A stretch of 64,000 nt of DNA from Fimbriosthenelais zetlandica (GCA_977030845.1 OZ365112.1:20336001-20400000); one strand, 5' to 3'; counted from the stretch's first letter, positions 1 through 15,794 are shown. The notes: generated from the letters alone by a model not told the origin. Translations and numbers: made by a program.

Positions 1-858
1 ACCACAGTATCAAAGTGAGTTGTGGAAATTTGCCTACTATTGCCCTGATTAAATATACCTCTAACACATGGGGTGAGTTGGGTACACTGACCTGGAGTTT
101 CTAAAACAGCTGTCTCTACTCGTAGGAATATGAGGTCGCCGTAAATAAGACACATTTGTTTCATTAAAGGCTATTTTTGTCCCTTCCCACTAGCAGCGCC
201 CTCCACCCATTGACGTCAGTGCCTTGCCCGATTCACCAATCATTCGATCCTGAGCCTGAGAAGGGGGCTACTCATCTGCGCTCAAGTAGATGGGTGTGCT
301 TCTGGGTAGGGTCCTCTGTGGAATATCTTTACAGTAAAATACACCCAGCACTGCTTTTTGTATAAAGAAGCCTTCTTACATATAAAGTCTTCTTCACCTC
401 AATAGATAAACCAAATGGATGTCTTATCCATAGCTGGCCCTTTGAACAGATCCTAGAAGGATAGAATAGGAATTTCTCATTTTAATTTATTACGTGATTA
501 ATCAATATTGGCGTATAATGTAGTTCGTTACGGATAACTTTTTAATATCATACCACAAATTAGGAGTATCTCCCCCAATTGATTTTCACATACCTTAGCC
601 AGATGGATACTCGATCCGTCTACACATACCTTGGCTTCTGACTCTTGACTGACTCGGCTACCAGGGCCGGAAGTACTCCTTCAATCAAACTTAGCACTTT
701 CTTTATTTTATTTTATCAGAATATCATTGGAATTAAACACGTTTTTTATGTGTTCTCTTGGCTTATCAACATAATGTCAATATCTAGTGGGAAAATGTAT
801 AAAAAAAACACCCCAAAACTGATATTGTTAACAGATTTTTCATTTGAAGCTGTATTGA

Positions 859-3198
<2,340 letters not shown>

Positions 3199-6061
3199 GA
3201 AGCCTTTTGCGAAACTCCATACTTAACTTCTAATAAGGAAACAAGAAGAATTCGAAGATTTGAAGTGGAAACCCCGAAAATTTCACCATATATATCAAAC
3301 TTGTAGGTTAGTATGCCTACAACAGAAGATATATGGGGAAACCAGTGTATAGTTGAAGCAACAAGAAGTTGTTCAGAAGCTACTGTCACCAATGCATTTC
3401 ATCTGACCTGTGTGATACAAAAGTAATGGCGAAGCCAATGGTAAAAATCGTGTTGAATTTCCTCTTTGAAAAATAAATTTAACAAACCTATGAAATAAGA
3501 TGTAAAATGATACTTAATGGTTATTATAACCATTGAAACACATTAACAGTGAACCAGTACCCTGTAATAGTCTAGAGTTCATGAACAGTGAGCGTATTGT
3601 TCCACAGTGCCCTTATATAAACCGTCCATACGAGTTTCAAATATATATTTAGTTTGTGTTTGAGTTAGATTAGACAATCACTTGAGTTTAGGACCAATGC
3701 CAGACAAGACATTGGAGTCCATTTTATCAGGGCTCATGGCAAATTCCCAAGATTCCTTTTAATGAAAATTGAGTTAATATGTAAATGATTTGGTAGATCT
3801 TACGTTCAAAATGCTTTATAAATATATATGAACCAGATTATTATGTATATATTAGTGGTTTGTATCCGATGTTTTGTTACTCGAGGAGTACCTAAGGGTA
3901 ATATTTATATAGCATGTGTATAATTATATATATTGGATAATCACTGCTAAACACCGACTTGTTGGTGCTATAAAGTATAAGTAGTGGCTTGGTACATATT
4001 TACTGACGTCTATTTATTCCATTTGTTGTAATCGTCTTTTTCTCCTCTTCAGAGGTCTCTTGAGGTGTTAGAATTTTCCTTCAAAAGGGAGGCAGAGAAT
4101 TAATGCAATGGAAATTGCTTTGTGTTACCTTAAATTTATGCTTTATGATTTTCCGTCGTAAATGTTCCTTCTCTGAGTTCTTATCTATATATAGTTGGCT
4201 CTGATTATCATTTATTTTGGGGGTATTCGCCTAGTCCATCAGTGAGGAGTACTATTTTTTATTGGTTTTTGTCTGTTGTGAGAGTTATAATTATGAACAT
4301 GAGGCCGGAATACGATGCAATAACCTGAGTCTGAATGCACGTCTGACAGCTCCATTATTTTTCTTAGATTTTCAATGTTGACTTAACCTTTTAATCTTTT
4401 GAGGTTAATCATCAAAGGACATTTACTTATATTAATTATATGCTCTTGATAATCAGAAATCAGCACTGTAGTTGTCGAATTTGCAGTAAATACCGAATAG
4501 ATAAATTGATTATAGCTTTTATGGAAAAATTATAGAATACTCATCTACCAACTTTGCTATATCTATGCATGTACAATCATGATATTCCAGCAATTATTTC
4601 AACAATGAAAATCTGAAATAATGGTCGGTTAACGTGAATATATTTCTCAGAATCCTGACTGTGGACTGTGTCATGGTGATGTACGATGACGTTCACGCCT
4701 TGATCTAACGTGTGTATTGTGTGAATAATTCTCCCTCTGTGTGCTTGCTTCGTGTTCTGGTTATGAGTTATTTTATTTTGTGTATCTATTCATCTGTATA
4801 TGATTTGGACAAAGCAGGAGAGGGATTGGCATATTGTAAAGAATAGGTCTACCTCTTATCGAATGATAAACTAAAAGAGATTCCTGGGCTAGAAGAATAT
4901 ATAAATCCACCCTCATATTTTATTTTGTGGGTGGAAATATCGAATTATTTGATTGGCTGTTGAACAGTTCTGAGAAAAAGCCATTGATTGGCTGCTGAGA
5001 GAAGATTGTCCCCTTTATGGCTAGTCTCAGAGATATGCTACTGGTTGAAAATAATTATACGATATTTATACTTAACAACTGTAGATCTATACTGATTAGG
5101 AGTATAAAATGATTAGTCAGAGAAATGGATGTAAGTAAAGTATTTTGAGGTTTGGGACTATAATATACGAGGCAGGACTACAAGATGAATATGACAAGGA
5201 GTAATATATTGTAAATCGTTTGAAGGATAACCTATGTATATTGTGTTCTATTCCTGTATACTTGATAGCAGTTTAGTCCTAACTTATGAAACGCGATGTC
5301 TGATAAATTGCATGATGAAAAGTATCTATAAGTTTGCACTGATGTAGGTTTTGTCTTTGTGCAAATAAAATGAACAATATAACTGACATGGTGAATTTTT
5401 TTATTCAATCGCAAAGCAATTTTATATCCTAAAAGGTTCCATATTGTGCGCGGAAGTGACTCTGCTAGATGAATCCTAACAATTTCATGTTTCAATTTTG
5501 CAGCTTGACTACATGTATATTATATAGGAGACACTCTCTTGTTTCCACATTTACACTTGTATATACACTCACATACAATCATCTTGCAATCCTTGATATG
5601 AGATCACGATTGCTTTAATGAGTAACTTGTGTTAGCTCCATAATTCATTATACATGGGAAGCTATCACTCGCACTAAACTAAATCTGTATTTTCATTTAT
5701 TGGTCACCTCTTACAATCATAGTGAATTTAATTATGAATTTATCAATTTTTTACATCAGTTGCTTGTCATTATTTTTGTATTTCTATATAAGTATTTACA
5801 TGGAATATTTACTCCAAAGATTGGTTTCAAGGTGGCATTGATGTTAGAATGGGAATGATCTGTGCAAGGTAATAAAGCAATGATGTGCATGGATGAGATG
5901 GGAGGGGTCCCACCAGAAATTGATAAGAACATTGATGTTGTAATGGTTCATATTCTGGAATACACTTGGCCTATAATTGTGTGTAAAAGGTCCATGAACT
6001 CAGTAATAGTTAGATTAACATTTCTGCAGAGAGGTACATATTGTAATATAAAAAATAGTAT

Positions 6062-9000
6062 TCACTGCCCCGTCAGTAACACTCGACATTGCTCGTTGTT
6101 GGGTTTTGGGAGTGGATAGGAAACGCCTGGTGACTTGGTCAGACGCCGTATACTCGACTTGTATCTGGTCCTCATGCCACTGGCTTTCTCATATTTAGTG
6201 ACATTATGTCTGCAAAAGAAATAGATATTTTTTTATTCTTGAACAGGCCTACATGTAAATCACATCCATGATTGCTCCATGAATGAATGAAATGAAAGTT
6301 ATATGAATGATATTCCCTATACACTAAATGCAACTCAGCTGCAAGTGTATTTCATTCAGCAGTAAGAACATTGGTATACTTTGGAAAGTGAGAGACGGGG
6401 TTAATAAATGAGGCTTTTAATCCATGTCTGGAGCAAGTCTATGGCGTGAGATTTATAAGAAGCAGGTCACTTGGATGGTGGCATTCTTGACGTTCCTCCT
6501 GCTGCTCCCTCCTTCCCACCTTAGTTTCTCATTCACTGGAGGAGCCACTCTCTATAGAGCTGGTGAGGTCAGGGTCAGCATGGTGATAACTCGGCCATGG
6601 GTCAGGGCAATCTTTCTGGTACGTGTAACATGGGTATAAAGGAGAGTGACAGCCGCAGGAATAGGTTAGCTACATCTTACAGCCACCTGCTATGACCCAT
6701 CCCAATATTTAGATGAAAGTTTAAGTATATCTTGCTTTTCATAATGAATCGGTATAAAAGGTTATTTTGGAAGTCGCTTATGATTTATGTGTGGAACGGG
6801 TAAGAGATCTTGGAGGACTTTTATTGTATTTAGATTTAGATTTGTTGGGTTTGTGGATTCCAAGTACAGTACATGGGTAGGGAGGCTAGGTGAGGGTTGA
6901 GTAGGGAGGTTAGAGAGATGGGGTGAAGGGTGACCTGGCCTAGTGCATGGTATAAAGGGTCGCGTGCCCAGACATGACGAGTGGTTGACCTGGTAAAGTC
7001 TCCACTTTCTGAAGGCACTGAGAAGACTTGCAACTGTCCAACAAGTAAATCTACCAGAAAGGTCGGAATGATCTGGTTATGGAGATACGATTTTAGGGAA
7101 GTCAATATTTACCATATGTTAGCAATATGGGAGGTCGTTTCATATAGGGAAAAGGTGGGCTAATGACTGCTTGTGCTGATAGAGTAATGGAAGCCAGATG
7201 GCTGTAGGGGTTTATGATGCACATTATACCACCCCAAGACCCAACCCCTTCCGAACATGGCTACAGTTGGTGAAAGTCCACCCACGCCATATGAATTAGA
7301 TTCTTGGATATCAGAACTATGTGTTGGTTAGAGGAAGTAAAATTATTTGATGTAGTCAGCATTAACGATAATCTTGTTGAGGCAAGCGAGATATTGGTGT
7401 ATAACAATCTGCTCGGTGAACATGAGATGTGTGGATACATTGTGCATGTTTTGCCAATGACAAGCCTGTTTTTACATTTACATACATCAACCCTATCTCG
7501 GGCAGTTTAATGGTGGTAAGATTAAAACCGGTCGTAAAGGTATAGAGGGCATGCAGGGTGATGGTATCTAGCTATACTATATGGTATATCTAACAAGTAA
7601 AAATAACTCAACCTGGAAAAATGTAGGCTACATCAGAGTTCATTATACTATAGACTCTGTTTCATATCATATGGGTCTTCTGAATGTATGGTATGTATTA
7701 TGTCGTAGCCTATTGAAAATTGAAGTAAACTGTATATTTGAGAGCTTCTTGTCTGTCAATGTAGCCATTATAAATACCATGAGCAGCTCAGATATACCTC
7801 AGAGAAATTCTAATCTAAGGATATACTGAAGAGGCCTGGCAAAGTGAGCAGATCAGGGAAGATGTGAAATAATGGTGCCAGGCACGACCCCTGACCCTAC
7901 AACCAGACTTTAAGTTATTCTGTGGTTGGGTTAAATATATGGGAAGAAGCTTCTAAAGATGGAGGATTTTCTATTTCTTTCATTTGCCCGCCTTTCTCTA
8001 CAAATAATTTCCACATTGGGTTGTGGATTTTTTAAAAAGGGATACTATGGTATTGCCTCCGAAAGATGTATAGTGGTAAAATGGATCCTGAATCCTTGCT
8101 GTTTTTCTCCCGCTGTGTTTAGCCCATGCTGAAGCTGAGTCAGGTATATTATATAGAGGTGTAGTATTTAGCACTGAGCCTAAACAATTCATTCTCTCAC
8201 CACCCCCGCAGACACTTTCATCCTGTGTGTTACAGCCTGTACAGGTACAGAACTGTAGATCATCTTTGCTCAGTCAGACTGTCTTACATGCTAACTTTAG
8301 AACAAAAAATGTGCATATATTTCTACGTTGATAAACTCACTGTGTGTGGAATTCTCCACTAACTTATTATCTCATAATTTTTTCTCCCAATATTTATATA
8401 TCAGATAATATAAAACTACAATTGTTGTATACTTAGAAGAGTCAATGTTTTGTGCTAGAACTATGAGAGGTAACGTTAGGTGGGTATATTCTGTAAGGGA
8501 CAGCATATCAGTGTCTGGAAACAGGTCTACGTGGCCATAGATGGGCGTGGCCGACCTGCTCCAACTGGGTGAAATATTGGAGCTGCTCAGGCTTCATTTA
8601 CATACCAGACCACGCCCCTTAGAATAGACACTTCCTCCTAGCTCAAGGCTGCACTCTGGTGGTTTACATGATCTATGAATCCCTGGTGTTACTCACCTAA
8701 ACTGTAGGTCTGGTCTGCTCATTTGTAGGCACATCTTGATTTTGTCATAAAAGTCCACATCAGTGACAAAATCTATAACTGAAGTGGAGTCAGTCGTATA
8801 CTGGACACCTGTCCGGAATACTCCCGTTTGTATACCAAAGCTCCCATGAATAACTAGAGCCCCACTGAAACAAATGAGAAATAGAGCAAATTGTATTTGG
8901 TTACCTGGATGTTCCCAGATCATGTGAAATTTAATTTGGTTGATGGCAAGGGCTTGTAAACTGTTGACAATCCAGGATAAATATGCTCACCTGTTTTTAA

Positions 9001-12000
9001 TGAGAGAGTGACAATTTTTATTCCACAAACTAATAGAAACTTGTCCTGATAAATCAAGGGATACAGCTCCCTGTATATTCAAGTTAGCCGAGAGACCATT
9101 CTGGAAATGAATCACTTGAAAGTGGTCCTGTAGCAGGAAATTTGTCTGCAATGTTAAAAAAAAACTGAATGAATTGATCATCAAACACAGATATGACAGC
9201 CAAAGAATTATTGACCATTGCCTAGCAGTGCTTGCGCCTACCCACTACCCACTAACGTTCCTATTTTGTGAGCTATCTCACTTATATCTTATGTCGTTTC
9301 GTGGGTAAATCTGTCATATAAAAACTATAATTCATTCATGTTTTACCCGTAAAGCATTGGTGAGCTCGCTTGGAGCATTCCACACCGCTGACATAAGACC
9401 ACTTTGTCCTACAAAGAAGGTGACCGGACGAAGTGCAACATCCAGCAGGTCCAAAGCCAGACCTGCTGTAGGATCTACCTCCTCTTGTCCTGCCTCCACC
9501 TCCTCTCCTAATAATCCCTCTATACCAGCAGCAAAGATACCAAACTAGAAATAGAAAAAGTATTAATAACAATATTAATGATTCCTTCATTAAAAATTAA
9601 TCTACAATTAGAGTAGGGACTCCCTTTAAATGACAGGATTACCTTTTTATACAATTTGTGTTATTATAAATGAACTTACAGCATACATAGGCATGGAAGA
9701 CGTTGGGGTGATAAGGTCCACGTCCATACCGCTCCTCTTCATAATTCCTGCCTTAGAGTTCTGCACATACATGTCATAAGTAGCTGTAAGACCATGTGTC
9801 TCTGCGAGAGAAAAAGATAAACTTCATCACATGCATGATGTCACCCAAGCAAGGGTCTAATTGTATACTATATCAGGCCTGCATCCTCCAATACCCCTGG
9901 CATCGAGCAAACCTAGGTCAATATATCAGACCTGTGTCCTCCAATACCCCTGGCATCGAGCAAACCTAGGTCAATATATGAGGCCTGTGTCCTCCAATAC
10001 CCCTGGCATCGAGCAAACCTAGGTCAATATATCAGACCTGTGTCCTCCAATACCCCGGGGCATCGAGCAAAACTAGGTCAATATATCAGGCCTGTGTCCT
10101 ATGACCCTGTGAGTACTTATGTAGGCTACGACGTCTATAAAGCTGCATATTACCTGCTAAACTTTCCTTAAAAGCCAAAGCTTTGCCTTTAGGTGCCAAG
10201 ACATGATAATTCCTCAGTTTTTCATCCTGAAGAGCCTTCTTCACTTTCTTGCTGTCGAAAACAAATGTACCATATATTATGGAGGATAGGCCTATATATA
10301 TCATAGTACTAAATTACTTTATCATGTAAATATAGTCCATATATCTCAAAATGTTATGAGATGAAAATAGTGCATACATGTTTTACGAAGAGAAAGGAAT
10401 TGAAAAGTTGTGGCTCACCTAATATCCTCATCTCGGGATGCCATTAAGAATAACCTTTGTTGGATGTACATGGAGTGTTCTGTCTGGTCTGGATCTGTAG
10501 TGGACTCTACAATGTCCTTGATATCTTCCTCTGTAGGTGAATTATTCACGAGAACCATGAGGGCTTGGTTCCGAACAGCACTGTCATAAGCTTTCTTATA
10601 TTGGTGGTAGATATTGCGCATTGCTGTCTTCACCTAAAGAAAGTTACATTCAAGCTTAGTGCTATACTTATGCATGATCCGATGGCCATAACCATTAAAA
10701 TATGGTCCATTATTCTCTTTAATACTATTAATAAATTTTAAAAGCAATTAGTATTAAAAGTGTATAATGAATGAAGGGTAGATTACCTCTGGGGTGAGAG
10801 ACTGTTGAGGTAGTCTACGTAGAGCCTTGATGGCTGCTGAGTTAACTGAAGCATCAGTACCATGTTCAGCGTATTTAATGAGGGTTGGTAGCGTGTCGGC
10901 GAGACCGGCATTCCCTAACATCCTCAGGTGTTGTGACCGACAACTGTTTTCTGTACATGCTTCTAATCTCTCCAAGATCAATTTCTTAGCTTCCACTATC
11001 AACTAATTAATGAATAAGAATTTGTTCAGTAATCTGGGTAAAAGTTTTTATCTACATCGTACTTCGATCACTTTTTCACTCGTTGAATCTTTTTTGTAAT
11101 GTCAGTTATTGGCCTTGCATACTGTGTCAAGTTTACATGTGATAAGTAAAATTATATTTTGCTGACAATCAAGCACAATATGTTGCTTAATTACCATTAC
11201 ATGTGTGATTCAGCTTACCTCATCTTGACCCACTCTTTGGCTATAGGTGTACATGATTGCACCCAAAGAATCTCCTATAGATTCATGTAGTGTACTGCTC
11301 TTAATATCACTCTTGAAAAGTTTCTATGAAAAGAAAATCAGAAGAAACATCCCTTACTTTCAAAATGAAGGGTTATGGACTACATGTATATAGATTATAT
11401 AGACTGTAGAACTGAATATAGTTTGAAATTGAATGAAATATTGACTTACTAGGATGTCTGTAAGTAAGGACTTCTGTGGGTGTGTACAGAATGCAACAGC
11501 CAGTAGGTAACGCTCCTGAAGCTGGAAATCATACTCTTCATTAAAGTCAAGGAATCCAATGATAGCTGCTTGTCCGGCACTGGTTTGTGCTGCGACTATA
11601 GCATCAACTAGCTGTGGTCTGCAATGCAAATAAAAGGCATCAACATTGCAAAAGATATAGGACAGGTCGAGGATGCTACAATGCTCTTTGATTAATAATG
11701 ATAATATTATTTTGTTACTCACATGATATCTGTATAGTCAGCATCTTTTAAGATGGCAGATATGCTCGTTTGGCTGGAGAATCGTAGAGCAGCCACCAGT
11801 GTGAGGAAGGCACCACCGCCATGTGTGCTGGACACAGCCTCATTTTTGAGTGAAGGCCTCAGTTCTTCTACAAGTTTTACCAGCTTCAAAAACAGAAATA
11901 TAGTTATTAACAGTGGACCTGGATGATATTAATTATGGACCTTTATTATTGGACATGCTAATCAGTAGATATACCATTATAATTGGAAAACCTTACCTTA

Positions 12001-14296
12001 TCACAGTTTTCTACATCACACTGTTGTTCATCTTGACTTAAAGCCAATGTGGAGCCTTGTAGTTTTAATTTCTCTCCTGGAAAAGCAAACAGAAACACTT
12101 TCATGAGCCTAAATCCCCTTTATGCAAAGACAATAACTTGCAGTTGACACTATTATTTCTCTCATGTAGGTATACCTAAGATTAAACCAATTGACTCACT
12201 TGCATTAATAATCTGTGCAGCCTCTTCCAATGAGGACGCTTGCACGGCTGTGCTGCCCAGTTCCTTCTTTTCCAAAATCAGAGATTGCCTGTTACAAGAA
12301 ATTTGATATTATTATTTCATGACAGGCGCCTTGATGAATACTAGCCAGTGCAAAAAAACATATGTTATTACTTACGTGGAAAAGGCTTTAACTGCTAAAG
12401 ATTCTCTCATATTTAACCTCCCAATGTGCTGCTCTTCTGATATGACACTCTGGATGACGTCATCTGAGGAGAGTGTGTATTTAGTATGTACAGATGATGT
12501 CACACTGACGTCAAGTACTTCTCTTACATTAGAGAACTGGTTGAGGTTAGATGTAGGTTTACATCCAGTTTTGGTCTTTATGATTTTGAGTCCGTCAACT
12601 GAATAGTTGACATCACATTCCCCACTGGCGTCAACCTAGCAATATTGAATGAGTGAATGAATTCATTATAAATATACATTAAAACCATGACATATGATAT
12701 ACATTATTATACATATTGCCTATCATTTCTCTCACCTCTGTTTTCGTGTCTGTTTGTCGCAGTATTTGGAGCAGACTTAATATGCCTTTTTTCATATTAA
12801 CGCTCCAGACAGGGTCCGCTTCTGAAGCATACACCTGTTTTATTGAACTACCAACCCAACTGGCCAGCACAGGGTAGCTGCTCAAACTGGATAACTTAGT
12901 GGATTTGGTTGAACGTGACACACTGTGTAACTTAGGATTAGATATCTGAAAAGCAGAACAAACAGTTAAAGGGTGTTAGAGTGTCACTTATCTAGAGTAC
13001 AAGGCAGTGCCGTACGATACGTGTCACAATTAAATATCCTTTTTACCATAATTATACCATATATCTAAGCAAAAGGATTGGTCCATATTCTTACCAATAA
13101 CTTAACAAGCATTTGGCTGCCTTTTGTGTAGATAGGGACGAGTGAGACATCACAAGCTAATTTAAAGCCCACGTCCATCTTGGCTTTGGATGACGTGGTG
13201 ACGTCAGGCTCGTTGAATCTGATGTCGGTAACATATTTGTATCTGTACGTATGACCAGGAGGAAGTTGAAGTGTGAGACCTGAAACAGGAAAACCTTCAC
13301 CTGTAAGATAGTAAGAAGCCAGTGTCAGCTAGCACATTATACCAATGCAATGAGGCAGCCTTAATAATTATAGTACTAACACCGGGCCCAAAACCTAAAT
13401 GACACATCACCATTAATCCGAAAACGATACATTGAATCGCCTTGTTGAAATATCAGCGAGCGCTCGTTGGACTGCTCGTAGAATTTTCTCTACGATTTTA
13501 TTTTCTACGAGAGGTGGCCTGTGAGTGCTCGCTGAAGTTATGCAACAAGGGGCTTAATTATAGCCTTAGTAACTGATATGGCGTAAAGCCACTATTCACT
13601 CAATTCACTCATTCCTAATGAACACAAATCTGATTCCCAAAAGAGGAACATTTTCTTTTCAATTAATATACCATGTTGATGAACATATAATATTTATATA
13701 TGGGATAATCGCTTTGATAATGGTACGTCTATATGGCATAAATGAAATTCCTATAGAGGTCAAAGCTTTATCAGGTCCGTCTAATCTATGTACATGTACA
13801 TGTACTATCTCTGATATAGAAGCTTTACGTGTCAGATCATTAGTGGACCTATATATCCTTATATACGATCTCTTTATACATTAGTATTCCTAGCCCTCTA
13901 AATTATACTTGGGGGTTCATCAATAAAGTATGTCTAGAATTAAACAAATAATTTAGTATTCGTAGAATACTACTATAGGAATAAATTAATGTACGTGATC
14001 GTCGTGCATTTCAGTGATTGCTGTGATTTCCTTTAGATAAACTTCCACTTCCGTGCCAGCCAATATGCTAGAAATATTCTCACATTAAACCTGTTTATAT
14101 AATCACTGTGACATCAATACCCGTATATATATATGTTTAAGCGTCAGCTGTTCATCTATATACATCAGTTTCTCATCTAATAACTAGCAAAGCTCCAATA
14201 CACTCGGCAATAGAATCTTAAATAAGTTCAAATAAATGAATTATACTTACTCAGTTTGATAAATGTGATGAGAATTAATCCTAAGTGGATATACAT
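6062..14296 (-). CDS. MTTP: Microsomal triglyceride transfer protein large subunit (LLTP family), complete, 17 coding exons, 881 aa
   Basis: Minus-strand exons: 14296-14251, 13300-13095, 12945-12736, 12635-12376, 12288-12200, 12076-11997, 11883-11723, 11618-11450, 11323-11219, 11002-10787, 10633-10419, 10251-10154, 9801-9680, 9544-9347, 9145-8991, 8864-8697, 6209-6062. All introns are GT-AG with matching phases; total 2646 nt. Signal peptide MYIHLGLILITFIKLSEG. MTP-typical blocks: EVDASGECDVNY, PQLVDAIVAAQT, LQERYLLAVAFCTHP, IVEAKKLIL, DVALRPVTFFVG, LDLSGQVSISLW, KMCLQM and terminal NEQCRVLL. Confidence 0.96.
6830..8200 (-). mobile_element. Highly decayed non-LTR retrotransposon (LINE RT) remnants in the last MTTP intron
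   Basis: TIVSLFKKSTTQCGNYL (about 8052-8001) resembles the RT-proximal IvPlfKKGD..C.NYR motif. LKSYLHNQ (about 7096-7073) resembles KSYL..R.Q. Many stops and frameshifts. Confidence 0.45.
9870..10100. repeat. Minisatellite, about 4.3 copies of a 53-bp unit, in an MTTP intron
   Basis: Unit atcagacctgtgtcctccaatacccctggcatcgagcaaacctaggtcaatat. The cctcc anchor lies at 9885, 9938, 9991 and 10044; the last unit is 54 bp. Confidence 0.95.
13440..13550. mobile_element. MITE-like foldback element in MTTP intron 1
   Basis: Imperfect terminal inverted repeats ccttgttg-aaata-tcagcgagcgctc and gagtgctcgctga-agttatg-caacaagg, with a nested internal IR ctcgtagaa...ttctacgag. Confidence 0.65.
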
Positions 14297-14459
14297 GGCT
14301 GGACTGTGTTGTGAGAGAATGAAGGAGAGGGAGCAAGAGCTTCGTCAAAACTTCACCATTTAGAAGGGAGGGGTGTAGGTAGCCCAATCCCAGTCCTTCA
14401 CTCTTTGTCCTCTTCTCCAGGCCTCTGACCTCGATCAATGTCCAAAATACAGTATAAGC

Positions 14460-14680
14460 TGGCGTACAAAGTCCTATCTCCCTCACTGTATGAATTAATG
14501 TGCACCACAATGTCAATCTTCCCTGTATGCAATATTGTTATCTTTGAGATAAAGGCCAGTGCATTGTTCAAGTATGAAATAGTGCAGAGTTAGATAATTC
14601 TCCTATCACCCTGGGTCTGTAGGGGCACCGGTATATATAAAGCACAGTGACGATCCTGGCTTATCACTTGTGACTTTCAG
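14460..14680 (-). promoter_or_regulatory. Candidate MTTP proximal promoter (HNF4 and GATA sites)
   Basis: CAAAGTCC at 14467-14474; WGATAR sites at 14538, 14547, 14592 and 14661; TATA-like TATATATAA at 14632-14640; 170-380 bp upstream of the ATG. Confidence 0.45.
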
Positions 14681-15794
14681 TCATAATCCTGCCCCCTATA
14701 AGGGGGATGCATACATTGATATCAAAGTAACTTAACATTGTAGGCTGGAGCAGATGTGAGCTCTTCCAGAAAATGTATTGCTGATACTCTGGAAAGTTCT
14801 AGTGTTCTACAAAAGCTCTATAGCTATCTCCCCTTTTGTCAAGAATCGACCTATAATGGGTAAAATCACAGATTCAGTTCCCAGTTATTATAGTTTGACT
14901 TTCCATAATGTTTCAGTAAATCCTACATGAGATCGTTTGTACTGCATGTTTTGTTCCGACCTATTTCTCAGCGTGTGTTGAGTTATGGTGCGTACACGTC
15001 ATCCTGTGATATTTGACATTATAATTTATATCTACTCAAATATAAATACCAGAAAAAATATATGAATCATTTAAACATTAAATATGATTGTGAAATGTAC
15101 TTGTGTATCCTTGATTAAGTAGTACAAGAGGGCAGTCCGAGGTAGCTACGACATGTTCAAAGGACAATGCTGGAACCTGGGGATATGCAAAACTACATTT
15201 CCTTTCACTCAGCATCATGTGATGATCGTCCTCTCGATCTGTGACCCCAAAACTGGTGCACCCGTGTCCTGGATTCTAAGAATGGGAACCTCGGGAGAAC
15301 TGGCAAAACAACATGACAATAGCTATAGTTATGGTGCACTCTGCAAATTTTTTGAATTTTTTTTTTATGCTTTGTAGCCTATCAAGGTTACTCTATCTAA
15401 ATGAGACATACCACAAACAATCGGATCCATGTGCACCAGGAATATATTACAACAATTCCTAAAATAACAGACTTTAAAAGTATATTTCAATCCAGAAATT
15501 TGGATGTAAGACATCATGAAATCGGGGAGAAAAGTGTGATAGCCTCCAAGAAAAAAAAATGAACGTGTATGTGTACAAAGCTAATCGAAAGTCTGTCATT
15601 GGGGAAAATTGACTTACAGTAGGCCTACTGGGTCGAACCGTCTAGCCTAGACTCTATGTAACCATCGTGGTTTTATGAGAAGATCCTTGATAACAATAGC
15701 AAAGACTACTTAAATAAAACCATGGGGACTGTATAATTATAAATATGGGCTCCAATAGTAAATAGCTAGCCTCTAAGCTCAGTTTGAATCAGTG

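Noticed and set aside
3200-5600. UGUAHAUA-like elements in the ZCCHC24 3' region suggesting Pumilio or auto-regulation
   Set aside because: Only about two exact matches in very AT-rich sequence; not above background.
9870-10100. CRISPR-like array
   Set aside because: The units are contiguous with no unique spacers, and the context is a eukaryotic intron; it is a minisatellite.
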